From contig NC_047065.1 in the NCBI RefSeq assembly GCF_902459465.1, forward strand, positions 868,001-932,000: a DNA stretch of 64,000 bases. Reading direction: 5' to 3'. Within the stretch, counting starts at the first letter, position 1; each line of letters begins with the position of its first letter. The translations under genes and the position numbers were made by a program. This document shows, in pieces, positions 10,879 through 22,780 of the stretch. Source of the DNA: Asterias rubens (taxonomy: Eukaryota). The notes under the pieces are model-generated. The model was given only the letters and a program-made list of their open reading frames with translations, made no database searches and was not told the DNA's origin.

Positions 10879-13003
10879 GGCTATTTAGTGTATACAAGTA
10901 TCCTTAACAATGTTTTTATTTTTGCAAAACAGTACAAATTATTTAAACGCACTATAATTTGTGAAAACAAAAGATCACACATGAAAGGGAACTTTCTAAT
11001 TTCCAAGTGTGCTTAAAAGATGAACAAAGAAAACAATTGCACAAAAAGGGTTAAAATGAATAAAATCTGAATGAAAAGTTTTGAAGATACAAATATCAAG
11101 ATGGTCATTAGTACAATATTCTATTTTTGAAATTTGTCTCACTGCAGATGGAGCTGAAGTAGTTTAAACTTTTGTAAACAAAAAAAAGTCACTTTCACTT
11201 GTTGTTACAAGGACACTTTTGTCGACTAGAGATCGATATTGCCTGGTGCCCAACACATGTTGTGAAGCACGAGTACCAGTTAATATCAACAGCTAGTCAA
11301 TGAATGTGCAAACTTGGCCATGTCTAGTGGTTAACTAAAAGTAAAAACTTTTTTAACTTTTGGATAAAAGGAAAATTCCAGCAGTTTTTCACAATTATAA
11401 ATGTTATGTTATATTTTAGGAAATACAAGTAGGATCCTGTTTAAAAACTTGTACAGCATTGTAAAAAGACAAAAATACGGACTATGAAAATTTCACTCCA
11501 CATACACTCTCCCTTTAAATTACAGGCTGTGTTAAAACATAGTTTGTGTTAAAACATAGTTCTAAAACTTTTTTTAAAAAGCAATTAACATGAAAAATAT
11601 AGGCATGGTTTGGTAAATAAATAGGCTCTCATTCGTTAACTTTACATGAAGTTAGATTAGTAATAATAGAGTAATCAGTTAAAATTGTTATCAAATGTAC
11701 AGAAGATGCTCTACAATTAATTGTTTGTTTTCATTATAAAAGTTATTTCAGCTGCATTTTTAAAATTTAATTACAATAAAAATCACAATTATTCGGAAGA
11801 AATCAATTTAGATTTTGTAAATTTTGTTCTTTAGAGTAGTGTAAGTTGAAAAGATCAGAGTGATATGAAGACAGTTGGAAGGAATTGTTTCAAAAATTAG
11901 ATAATATAAATGATGAAGAAGACATATTTCAAGAACTCAAAGGTAACCATGTGGATGATATCATGAGACATTCTACATTTCATGTACGAATAGAAGTAAA
12001 ACAAACACCATATATTAGAAGTAGGCTTTTTGTACAAAACACAAACTCTTATAATGTATTACTGTTACAAGTATTATCAAGGGCAATGACAACCTGACAA
12101 ACGTTTAGTTTGTTTTGAAACTCAGTTGATTTGTGTTCAACTGCACAGTTTTTCCTTTGCAAGACATGAAGTGATTATTTGCTTTTCTAACTGTACGTTG
12201 ATGCTTGACAAGAACTGCATACTCAGTACTTTGCCCCAGAGAGCCATAGAGAATAACAGATATGCCACAAGTATATTTATGTGGGATTTGAACCCACAAC
12301 TCCTATATTCTAGAGTAGATGTCTTACCACTTGACCAGCAATTCAAATCCCATACATCAGCATCGGGTTCCATACCTTGGATGATTTAGATTGGCTGGGG
12401 TTTGAATCCTACCCAAGTAGTATGCCTATGAATTTGTTTTACAAAAAGACTATGGAAAGCACTGAATGTACTATGCTCAGCACACATCAGTGTATATAGG
12501 GTAAAAATATATATATATAAAAATAGTATATTTTTATCACCACTGCAATGTGAAGTTGTGTTTCTTTCTTAAAGGGTTGTTTCTAACTCAACAAAATAAT
12601 GATAAATCAAAATAATCAAATAGTGATAAAAACATATGTTGGCATGGAAAGACTAAACTAGTGAAAAAAGGAAACACTCAACGCTTAACTCTTTAGATAC
12701 CATAGCGATCACAAATGGCTTGCACCAAAATGCCCATAGCTGCCGCAAACGGCCGCAAAATTTGACCTACTTCCTCTCAAAGCAGAGGGTCAAAGAAAAG
12801 GTATTGAACCAAATTAGCATTTTCCAATTTGTCCATGTTAGCATAGACTCTACAATTCTATAACAAAGCTATGTATATCTGATTCAATAACAAATTTTCC
12901 AGACAATATTCCCCCCAAGTATAAGAGAGCCCCCGCCCCAAAAACTCTATGAATAAGGCGTAGGGTGATGGTTATACAGAAATAATGGTCTCTAAAGGGT
13001 TGA

Positions 13004-13473
13004 AGGCAGTGGACACTATTGGTAATTACTCAAAATAATTATTAGCATAAAACTTTTCTTGGTAACAAGTAATGGGGAGAGGTTGATAGTATAAAACATT
13101 GTAAGAGACGACTCCCTCTGAAGTGACGCAGTTTTCAAGCAAGAAGTAATTTTCCACAAATTTGATTTCGAGACCTCAGATTTAGAACTTGAGGTCTCGA
13201 AATCAAGCATCTGAAAGCACACAACTTCGTGTGACAAGGGTGTTTTTTTCTTTCATAGTTATCTCGCAACTTCGACGACCAATTGAGCTGAAATTTTCCC
13301 AGGTTGGTTTTTTATCCATGTGTTGAGATACACCAAGTGAGAAGATGCTGTTACTTTAGAGGGAGCCGTTTCTCACAATGTTTTATACTATCAACCTCTC
13401 CCCATAACTCGTTACCAAGTAAGGTTTTATGCCGACAATTATTTTGAGTAATTACCAATAGAGTCCACTGCCT
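13004..13473. mobile_element. TTAA-flanked (Kolobok-like) MITE family; other copies 39575-39952, 47454-47600 (truncated) and 51758-52069
   Basis: TIR aggcagtggacactattggtaattactcaaaataat / attattttgagtaattaccaatagagtccactgcct followed by TTAA. Copies share the internal palindrome tgatttcgagacctca...tgaggtctcgaaatca. Confidence 0.9.
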
Positions 13474-13809
13474 TTAACACATGAGGCGTAGGGGAAACAC
13501 AAATAACATTGTTTATCCTGCTGCAAATTTAAAATATAAAAGACAAACAGATCAAAAATTTACCTTAGAATTAAAAAAAGGAAGATTCAAGCCCACAATT
13601 TTGTTCTTAAATGTAACAAGGCTTGCCATAATCTCAATGGGCTCACCTTACTTTGAATACAACAATGTAAAAATAAAATTAAAATAAAATTGGAAGTAAA
13701 AAAACCCACACAGCATTTATAACTGAATGTCCTACCTAGGGTTAGACTGGAAGTGCTGCTTTCAATGATGGATGGATTTGCCACGTGAAATATGAACACA
13801 AGAGTAAAT

Positions 13810-14255
13810 GGGAGACTTTGGAACGCTAGGTGGCAGCAGACTTACCAGGTAAATGTCCATTGTTAACGTATTTCTGAGCATGCGCACATTACCGAGAACA
13901 ATAGATTTTACCTGGTAAGTCTGCTGCCACCAAGCGTCCCGAAAGTCCCCTATTGTATGAAAGTTATGCTGGACTTTTCGCCTGTGAAGACATAAGATAC
14001 TTTGGTTGCTCTGTAACACTTGCGAACTATCATTTGAGCATTACTTCATCAGAATAGCACAAGACGACTAAAACTCATTTTGGGGGAAAGGCTGCATCTT
14101 GCAATCTTGAAAAAAAAAAGACTTCTCGGGACACTAGGTGGCAGCAGACATAAAAGGTTAAGCCATTGTGCTGAAAAAATGTCTTTGTGTTCTAAACATT
14201 GTCAACAATAGAAATTTACCTGGTAAGTCTGCATCCACCATGGTTCCAAAGAGTC
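13810..14255. mobile_element. Two neighbouring ~140-bp MITEs (13810-13950, 14120-14255) with CTCF-like motifs in their TIRs
   Basis: Arms gg(a)gactttggaacgctaggtggcagcagacttaccaggtaaa / tttacctggtaagtctgctgccaccaagcgtcccgaaagtcccc. Confidence 0.8.
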
Positions 14256-14492
14256 ACATTGGTTCTGTGCAAGAAGGCTATATTTTAAATGGGTTGTTTT
14301 ATGTGCTCACTGAAAAATTAAAAGGAAGATTCAATCTTGCTGAGGCTGTAATACAAATGTGTGTTTCTAATGTGCTTTTTTGCAGAGGCAAGTTTGCCTC
14401 TTAATGCCCATTAAAGTCATGGAAAACTGAGATAGTACAGTGGTTTTATAATGCAGCAATTCTTGTTGTACTGAAGCAAAGAATTGTTCACT

Positions 14493-17400
14493 TCAGGTTA
14501 CAGCCGATGACCTAAATGGGTCTTCATCTTTATCCATGTGCTCTTCTTTAAAATGTTGATTCAACTGGCAACGAGACTGACCCATGTGACTGCATAACTG
14601 GCATTTCATTGGCTGTTCATCTCGTCGCTGATGCCTGTACATCTTCTTTGGCTCGGCCGTGTGGTAGTCACAGCCCCAACAACACAACACGGTGCGGCCA
14701 GATTCCCGCAGAATCTGGCGGCTACATTCAAGCGTAACATCACCAAATTTGACGATCTGCTCGCTGATGAGTTGGGAGGGGATTGTGACGGGGGTGGGTG
14801 TGGTTACTATCGTTGAAGGAGACGAGACAACTAACTCAAGAGGAAGGTACTTGTCACTAGTGTTTCCCACATTGTACACCCGCGTAGGTGTGGTGTTTGA
14901 GGGGCTAGTGGTAGCCGCTAATGCTGAGGGACAATCACTTCCACTTGATGATATTGTGCTCCCAGGGGTTGCTACTGCTGTTGACGACATAGCTGGACTC
15001 ACTGCATTAACAAGACTACCAACACTGTTTGGCTGTATGGGATTACAACTGGACACAGCACTCACCAGAACACTGGTATCGAGGGGGCTACAAACATTTG
15101 TCATGGTTGATGAGGTAGGTGGACTGGAAAAACTACTGGTTGGTATAATGGGTGTGTGGAGTTGATGTGGAGAGGGGTGTCTTATGCCTTCGTGAAAGAA
15201 TGGGCCAGGGTGCCTTTCTGGGATGTTCTGATGACCACGGTGACCAAATGGTCTCTGGAGGCTGTTGCAAAGGCTCGTCTGTATAGAGGGTTGGTTTCGA
15301 CTCATTGATGGTGACATGAATCCTGGTGGGAATATATGACCAGAGTTGTCATGCATTGGAGGTGAGTGAGCATAGGGTACAGAGCAACAAGTATCCAAAC
15401 GCTCATCAGAGAAACTTCTCGGAAGGGAAGAGCTAAACATTCCTTCGGTCAGGTTTGAGGTTGGTAGATTCCTCAGCGGCGAAGAGAAACGAGGACTGTA
15501 TAAAACGCTATCATGCATGTGGACTTGTCCATAAGATCTTGGAGACATGAGACTGATATCTGGGGGGTGAGGACTCGGAGGTGGCATATAGAGAGAGCGG
15601 TGGATAGGTCCGAATGGAGTTGATACAAACATGTGGTTGACAGTTCCTTGGGGGTTAGGTCCAGTGGACTGCCCATGGTGCGGCGTTGGGGGAGGTGTGC
15701 CATGTAGCTGGTGGGCCACTCCATGCCCCTGCATTGAGTGACCCGGTAGTGCTCCTGGAAGCGGTACGCCATGGAGAGGTGTCATGGATAGATTGGGAAC
15801 AGGAGTAGAACTTCCATACAGAACTGATGGAGGAGGCATTAGTGGCATTGGCAAATGAGACACTGAATCTGTAGAGAGTCTGCTTCCAGGTACAGCATGC
15901 ATGTGGTGAGCAGGATGCTGATGGGGCATGGTGTGCCTTGGCTGCCCCATCACAACATGTTGAGCATCTGTGGATGTCAGTGTATGCCGATCAGCTCCAA
16001 GTTGAGGGTGCACTTCAATCGAACTGATGCACTCCTGGTTTGAAGTGATGACACCACTGCTGGTATGACTCTGTGAGCTAACTACTGAAGCTGGTGTTGA
16101 ACACCTTCGCAACTGAATGCGTGGGGCTCTTGTTCTTTTCTGCAGTGCTTCATTCATGGCATTTCTAGCATTTGCTGAAATATTGCTGTGAAGTGGCACA
16201 GATTGTACAACAACATCAGGGTTCTGAAAATGCTCTCCTGAAGTTGCTGTTGGAATAATTGGACCAGGCTGTTCAAGTTCAGAATTTCTAACACCTGCTA
16301 AATCAGAACTGAGAGTTGCCATTCTCCTTTGCCTCAAGAGGTTAAACTGTGAGACATGACTACTTATCAAATTTTCTGTCTCTCTTTGGTTACGGATGCC
16401 CTCTGGAGGCATACACCAACTTCCCGATTCTGCGGGTCTACCCAGTGATGTATGCATGCCTGGGGCAGCTCTCAAGTGAAGCACATCTCCAATATGATGT
16501 GAATGAGCAGTGCTATCATTCACTGCACTGGCAGAATGGGAACTGCAAACTGTCCCTCCGGAGTAACCAGCTGTTGTGGACAGAGTTGATGTGGCTGTAG
16601 TTGGGAGGCTATTTGAAACTGTGGATGAAGTGCTTACATTCAGTGGAGACATTAACCAAGGGTTTCTCTCAAGAGCTCTTGATCTGAGTATTGCTGTTGC
16701 CAGAATGCCTGCATGATGGGGTACAACTGTTGCCGGTGGTGTGAATAAACTTGGTTCAGCATTTCTCAACGGCAAGGAGTTGGGTTCATTTGGTCTGAGA
16801 ACAGATGCATCAACATTTTGCCTAAGTAGAGCAGGTTCTGGAATAGTCTGTCTAGGAATCACTGAAGGCATTTCGCTGTTTGGCTGATTGAGAACCAGGC
16901 TTCCTATCTGACCATTGGTGTGAGTGGGAGGGTTTCTTTCATGTTCCTCCAGGAGCTGTAGCTGTCTGCGTGCTGGATTCATCACTCTGTCTTCTCTTAA
17001 CGTCTCTCCTATTTCGGACGGAAAGGGCAGTTCTCTCGATCTATCCATTTCAGAGAAGAAAGCTCCCTGCTGTGTCAGTGGGGTTGGTAAGGTAGGTACA
17101 TTCAAGTTGGTAGGACTATTGACAAGGGTTGGAAAGTCTTCGTTTCCGCTGTGTACCGATGTCATTGTATTGTGAGAATATGTCACTGCTGTGCAAGTCC
17201 CAACACTTCGTCTATTGAGAACGGCTGCTCCTTGAGAAGCGTTGACTATGATACCTGGGGGTCTTATAGTATCTTGAGGCTGAATGGAGGATCTTGGAAG
17301 AACACTGTCATGGGGTCGCAGGACAGAGGAGCTTCTATCGGGAAGAGTGAGGGAATTCCTCACTATAACATTGTCACTGGAATTGAAAACTGGTCTTGTG

Positions 17401-20400
17401 ATAATACTAGATGTGATAGTGTTTGGCAACGGCACAAAGTTCGAAGTGGTGATGACACAATTCAAAGATTGCAGAGGACGCTGGGGTTGCATAGGTTTCA
17501 TGACAGATGACGGGGACAACACTGGAGTACTGTCTCCAAGAGACTTGTCCATTGCTTGTTCAAATCCCAAAGGTGAAGGCACAGAGGCATTACTTGTATT
17601 TCTCAGCTGGGGCGGATGCTGATTTGTAGGAACGTGAAATGCTACGGGAGGTGTGGTCGTTGCAGTTGGTACACCTCTCGAACCTGTTGCAAAGTTAGGA
17701 AGGCTTGTAGCCCTTGGTGCCACATGGTCTGTCCTACTCCAACAATCGCTTAAAGCTCTACCCATGTGTTGAATGTTAGTGCTTGTGGTCACACAAGTTG
17801 ACACCAAAGTTTGTCGACTCTGATTCGTTGGCCCACTGTTAACAGGTGCGGTCAAAGGGGAAGCTGCAGTGTCTGGCTTACATGCGGGTCTCCTAGACAA
17901 TTCTGGTGTTCCGGCACCTTTTCTGTTCAAATCACTTACTAGAGGCACAAGATTAACACTGTCATTATTAGTTACATAACCTGGATGTCTAGTGTGTGTA
18001 ATCCTGGAATTTCCTATTAATTCTGATCCAAGGTCACTCTGACCCGCCAAAGCACCGTCACGATTTACCGACGACCCATATTGCACATTCTGTCCTTTAG
18101 CAGACACTCCATCCCCGCTTTGCTTTGGTGTGTATCTACTAACCAATGGACCATGGGCAACTTGAGTTTGATACAAAGGGCCCCTCTCCGTACTTTGATT
18201 GGATCTAGAATCCACTATCACAGTTCTGCCACCACTTTGCTCGCTTGAAGTACTGTGTACAATCACTGGAGGTGCACTGGATGAAATTGGTTGAGTCTTT
18301 TTTCCCTTATTGCGACTTCTTGAGCTACTAGTTCTATGTGGTTTGGTTTTCTTTGGTTGATGGGTTTCTTTTTGTTTATCAAGAGAAGCAGTCGCTCTGG
18401 GACTTTTCAGCATAGCTCTCAATGTCTCATCCAAAGACATATTGTTTGTGTCCAGGGCACTGGTGTTGTCATTGGGGGTCGAAACAGAGTCTTGCGTGTC
18501 ACTTCCAATAGATTCAGGAGTTAATACGTTAGAAACAGCTGTGTTGGGTGAGTAGACTGGGGGCATGGTGGCTATTGTAGTCGCAGCCGTTGATATCTGC
18601 GGGGATGTGATACCAGGAGCCACCACAGTTGGTTGTACGACCTCAGCATGTTGCCCACAATCAAAGATTTGCACTTGGCCATTGGCGATCCCAACACTAG
18701 GCACAGTTATCTGCAGTACTCCAGAACTGGTCAACACAGCTGGGAGATTCAGCCGCACACCTCCATTCAATGAAACAGGAGGAGTGACAGAGGGCTGCAA
18801 CTTCTGGTTCAAAACAGGATTATTAAGCATGGCTCCATCGTACGAGCCTCCATTCATTAAAAGACTGTACTTGTATCTACTAGCTTTAGGCTTCGCTTTA
18901 GTTTTACTGTTAGGACTGGTTATTTTCGGTCCTTTACTTTGTTCACTTCTTGTTGCCGCTTTGGAAGCTCGCCTTTCACTACTTGCCTTACTCGCAGCAA
19001 CCTCGGTAGATGTTTGACAATGAGACGGTGTGCTGATATTGTTAGTGCCGTTTGGCAATAGCTGAACTACTGTCTTATAATGACCAGCAACATCAGTCAG
19101 TGATACCCTAGCTGGAGGGGTCATTACATTCAGGTACTTGCCTTGTGGAAACAAAGTATGGGTCATCGAATACGGAGAAGTGTTCATTGGAATCTTGTCG
19201 CCCTCCCCGGGTGGAGCGCGGGCCAACATTGGCATACTTGGGATCAACTGGACTTTGGGGCTCATAAACATGACAGGTCCATTCTTGCAGCCCCCTTTAG
19301 TCAAATGGTCTGTATAAGTGACATCCTTGATGGGGACAGTGGCTGTGACGACCGACTGATGGTGGTCCGTGGGTTTGGGAGCAATTGGCTTGAACTTCTT
19401 TCTGCAGAGAGTCTCCAGTTTAGGATCAGTGGTACTGTCATCATGTCCTTCTGCTGACTCCAACCTTCGCTTGGCTTTAGGTTGGCTGCATGTGGAAGGG
19501 GTTAACTGACGATCTGTTTTCAAACACATACAAAAATAACCACAATTACAATTCTAGTTCTTTGAAGATAATTTAAAAAAAATTGTCCAAAACAATAGAA
19601 TTGGTATGTTTGCCATTTAGAGCCTATGACGATAAAAACCCAGCTTTATTTGTCATTCAGTCTCTGTTAAACTGTTTGAACAGTATATCACATATAGTTG
19701 CACACAGTTTACCCAAACATTGATTAATACAAATGTGTACAAGGGATTTTCTGGCAAGCAACATCCGCGTGTTGTTCATACAGTAATGTTTACAACATGT
19801 ACTTAGATCTAAACAATACCAAGTACTTTATTGAAAAATAATCAAAACTAAAAATTATTTGTGATCTTAATTTCATACATTAGACAGGGATAAGAACTGT
19901 ATGAAACCCAAGTAGGATTTGAAACTTTGCATCATGGTGGAAGTATGTAGAAATGCATGGTAGAAATAATTCTGCTTTCTCCAGAAGACGATCAGAGCAT
20001 ACTGAGCAAAACAGTGAGTTGAAACTGACGGTTCTTTCAGAAACACCCCAACTAGAACCACCCTAACTCATTTTAGAGACAGTCATTACATGGCATTACC
20101 GCAAACCTTTCCATATTGTACGAAACCTGTAAGCATCACTTCTTACTTCTGCAACAAAGATCTGAAGACGATCAGAGCATACTAATCAAAACATTTGAGT
20201 TATCAGCCACTGGTTCATTTCAGAACCAACACAACTCAAAAGAGATTTTCACATGGTGTTACCGCAAACCACTCTTAATTATACTTCCACCATGCATAGT
20301 TTCAAATCCTACTCAACAATGATCTGTTTGAATTCCTTCCACACACAATTTGACAGTTACAGGATAACTGATACCCATGTGATGGTGGGTCGCTATAATT

Positions 20401-21973
20401 TATTCTTCACCTTTTGATCGTTTATCCTTGGCAGTGTGGTTGGTAGTTGTCTTAGTTTTCTCATGAGGTTCTTTAGTTGTCATCTGACGAGGAGGTGAAT
20501 GGCTTCTGCCACCAATGACTCTTCCTGGTGGCTGGCCAGGTGATTCCTAAAATCAGAAATTCAAATACAAGATAGTTACATTTCAAATTGACAGTTATTG
20601 CAGGGTCTTTTTATAATAATAATAATCATAATAATACCACCATTTATAGCGCCTTTTCCTAAGGTTGCAAAGTGTTCAGAGAATGACAGGAAAAAACAAC
20701 AATGGGAATGCAAACAAAAACCAAGAGGAAAACCACAACTAGGCAAAGCCTACAGTATTAATCAAGAATGTCTCACGAAAAGCAGGTCTCTCTTTGACTA
20801 AACGGTAAACCGCCTCCATGTCAGATTTCCTCAAAGGAATTATTCATCATGTTCTTGCAAACTAGTTGATGTCATTTTCAAGCCTCAGGTGGTGCATTTT
20901 TTTATTTGTGTGGGCAGGCACTGCAAACAGCAGTAAAAAATTATAAACATCTTAAAAGATTGTGCCCTACATGTATTGATTGTGTTGTTGTTTATATTTG
21001 GATTGTTACCGAAAGACTTTCCGCATCCTGCCACCACTTTCTTTAACACTAATTTTTACACAAAAAAAGGAACCTCATTGGAGGTCGAGTAAATGGATTC
21101 GAGTAAATTAGATTAACTTTAAAATAATATGATGATAGTAATACTAATACTATTTTTAATTTTTATTTCATAACGAATGAAAAAGAGGTGGCAGGAATGA
21201 GGATACAGAAACTTTTCTATCCAATCACACTCTTCTTACCCTTCATAATTATATAATAGAGTATAGACATAGTCATACTCGGAAAAGTTTCCGTATGGCG
21301 CCACCACTTTTTCATTCGAAATAAAATAATATAGTATCTAATTTACCTGATTGATATATCCCTTTTTGTAAAAATGAGTGAAAAAGTGGTGGCGCCATAC
21401 GGAAAGTTATCCTAGCAAAATATCAAGAGAGGGCGCTGTTGATCCCACATAAAGGAATAGGCTTGCATGCCTTAGTTGAAGAAACTGCATAGAAACCGCC
21501 CCATATTCCTTCCCACGATTCACAAAGCATTGCGGTTCTGAATCGCGATAAACCTTATGTGGTGAAAAGCAGCAGTCACAGAACGTAACGCTGCACTGCC
21601 CATGCACAGGATGACACACTAAGAGTGCCTGCTGACACCACTGGAGGTAGAACCTCCATGATGACACCGACAGTGACACTGACAGGTGCAGCGAATGCAT
21701 GAATGCATCACCACTGCAGTTGCTGTCTCTGTCGTCGGTCAGTGTGATACAAAGTAGTAAGTTGGGTCCCGCAAACTCAACTTGGGACACAATTAAAACC
21801 CAATTATCTATTTGTTTATACATTATTTTTGCCTAGCTAGTGAATGTACTGATACCTAAGACAATACAATTTTCAACAGAAATAACTTTCAGGTAAGCAT
21901 TAAACGCAGAACACTTTAACAAAACAAAACATTACTTTACGAAAGTAAAACTTACAGAAACATTGGCAGCCAT
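14493..21973 (-). CDS. Large Ser/Pro/Thr/His-rich nuclear protein (~1724 aa) with C-terminal C2H2-type zinc fingers
   Basis: Exons 21973-21956 (MAANVS), 20546-20411 and 19513-14493 (5021 nt) splice in frame. The C-terminus has CWGC-x12-H (atypical first finger) and CQLC-x12-H-x4-H; a KKFKPIAPKP motif lies near the N-terminus. Confidence 0.85.
19975..20270 (+). mobile_element. Tandem pair of Penelope-like short elements with degenerate hammerhead cores
   Basis: Units start at C(A/T)GAAGACGATCAGAGCATACTG (19982, 20162) and end at catggtgttaccgcaaacc. Homologues lie at 41920-42185 and 44725-44835. Confidence 0.7.
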
Positions 21974-22780
21974 CTTGACATATTGAACCTTCGGTCAACA
22001 GAGGGCGTTTTTCTAAATAAATAATCTCATCTGACAGCAACTGAAGAATAACTGAACAAAGTTTACCTCAATATTTAAAGCAATACCCTTCCTTAGTTAT
22101 GCTCGCTCATCCCATTAAACCAAACATTAAAGAGCGAGTATAAGTATACTTGGCTTTCATTCTTTCTTGCGAGCCTGAAAACATGTAATTTTGAGGTGGA
22201 AACTTACACAACATAAACTTGTGTGAAATTGTTTTTTGAGGGCGTCATCTATTTCCTTTTTTTCATTTAATATCCATCCTTTTTGTCTCACCATAGAGTT
22301 AGAAATAAGATAATAAACCTGTGGAGTAAAAACAGTAAACTTTAAAAAAAAATATAAAATTGTAATTGAGTTTTTGATATATACCACGATATTGTTATTA
22401 AAAAAACTTTTTACAAAACACAACACTTGATGATTGAAATGGCCGGAACAAACCATTCACAAAGAAGGGGTTTCTATTAATCTTGAGCGACCAGTTGTTA
22501 ACAAAACCATCCAAAAGGTAATTGTAAAAAAACAACTGAAAAAAAAAACCCGCTTAATTTGTTTGGATTTTTTTAAACAATTATGTTATTACAATATTCA
22601 ACTGTTGTCGAACCGGCATAAAAATAAGATGGCATAATTTAATTAACCCCTATTTCCCGCACCAATTCTAATGACCCATCAACCCATGTCGTCATTTCCA
22701 AGATGGCGCTGAATCAGCGAGGCCTATGTCGATGATTTTGTTCGTGTTCTTCATGTTCTTAGATACAAAATAACGGAATC
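21974..22780. promoter_or_regulatory. Probable bidirectional promoter between the zinc-finger gene and HSF1
   Basis: The divergent start codons are 807 bp apart. YY1-type CAAGATGGCG at 22699-22708 (+) and CAAGATGGCTG over the minus-strand ATG; CTCF-like GTCAACAGAGGGCG at 21994-22007. Confidence 0.65.

Noticed and set aside
10635-10907. 90-aa ORF
   Set aside because: It runs through a MITE (10701-10878) and has no recognisable protein features.
11885-12389. Several 64-87-aa ORFs
   Set aside because: They lie in AT-rich or SINE-derived sequence, probably the zinc-finger gene 3' UTR or intergenic DNA, with no homology I recognise.
14631-19457. Many plus-strand ORFs of 60-157 aa
   Set aside because: They are antisense shadows of the 5-kb zinc-finger exon, with no recognisable domains or splice support.
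22100-22780. Search for an autoregulatory heat-shock element in the HSF1 promoter
   Set aside because: I found no three alternating nGAAn units by eye.
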